The translations under genes were made by a program, and so were the position numbers. Below are positions 63,770 through 64,000 of a stretch of DNA of 64,000 nt, piece by piece; position 1 is the first letter of the stretch, and each line of letters starts with the position of its first letter. The stretch is taken from contig MU058444.1 in assembly GCA_013265495.1 (NCBI GenBank), positions 1,488,001 to 1,552,000 on the forward strand, in the 5' to 3' direction. Origin of the DNA: Vicugna vicugna (Eukaryota). Below the pieces are notes generated by a model, which saw only the letters and a list, made by a program, of their open reading frames with translations, ran no database searches and was not told the DNA's origin.

Positions 63770-64000
63770 ATCTTAGCCTAGAGGAACAATAACAGTAATC
63801 AATAATGTTAGCTCTTGGGGAACGGTTAGTCTTGATTGATGAGAAATATAAACAATAATGATGTATGTAACTATGCACAAGTTACTGATTTTAGTACACA
63901 TTGTTAAGAGATCATAAAAACAATCCGTTACCTACGATACTGTTGCCTATGGGTTAAAAGCATATAAATTAACTGCTGGAAATAAACACGAGGTCCACTC

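Noticed and set aside
1..64000. A novel multi-gene biological system
   Set aside because: Apart from BMP5 exon 1 and the L1 fragment, no ORF resembles a protein family I recognise. The window is explained by one known gene, common repeats and an assembly gap.

Overview
Mammalian genomic DNA, most likely a camelid (Camelus/Vicugna/Lama), judged from five tRNA-Ala-derived Vic-1-type SINEs. The only protein-coding feature is BMP5 exon 1 on the minus strand: CDS part 23612..23123, a phase-1 GT donor, and a ~700-nt 5' UTR. Positions 1-23122 are intron 1 (no exon 2 seen) and ~24.3-64 kb is 5' flanking DNA. The rest is ordinary interspersed repeats (L1, L2, MIR, MLT1, hAT fossils), several with clear target-site duplications. 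A 3.7-kb near-identical duplication straddles a 625-N gap and is probably an assembly artefact. I found no evidence of a new gene system. The most interesting observations are an internal L1 ORF2 fragment with no poly(A) tail or classical TSD, joined by microhomology; uORFs and GC-shifted substitutions in BMP5 exon 1; and several non-B-DNA or candidate-enhancer elements (G4, Z-DNA/E-box, GATA palindrome). Repeat family names and comparisons to human/mouse BMP5 come from recall of consensus sequences, not from a search. Repeat boundaries are approximate unless a TSD is given.
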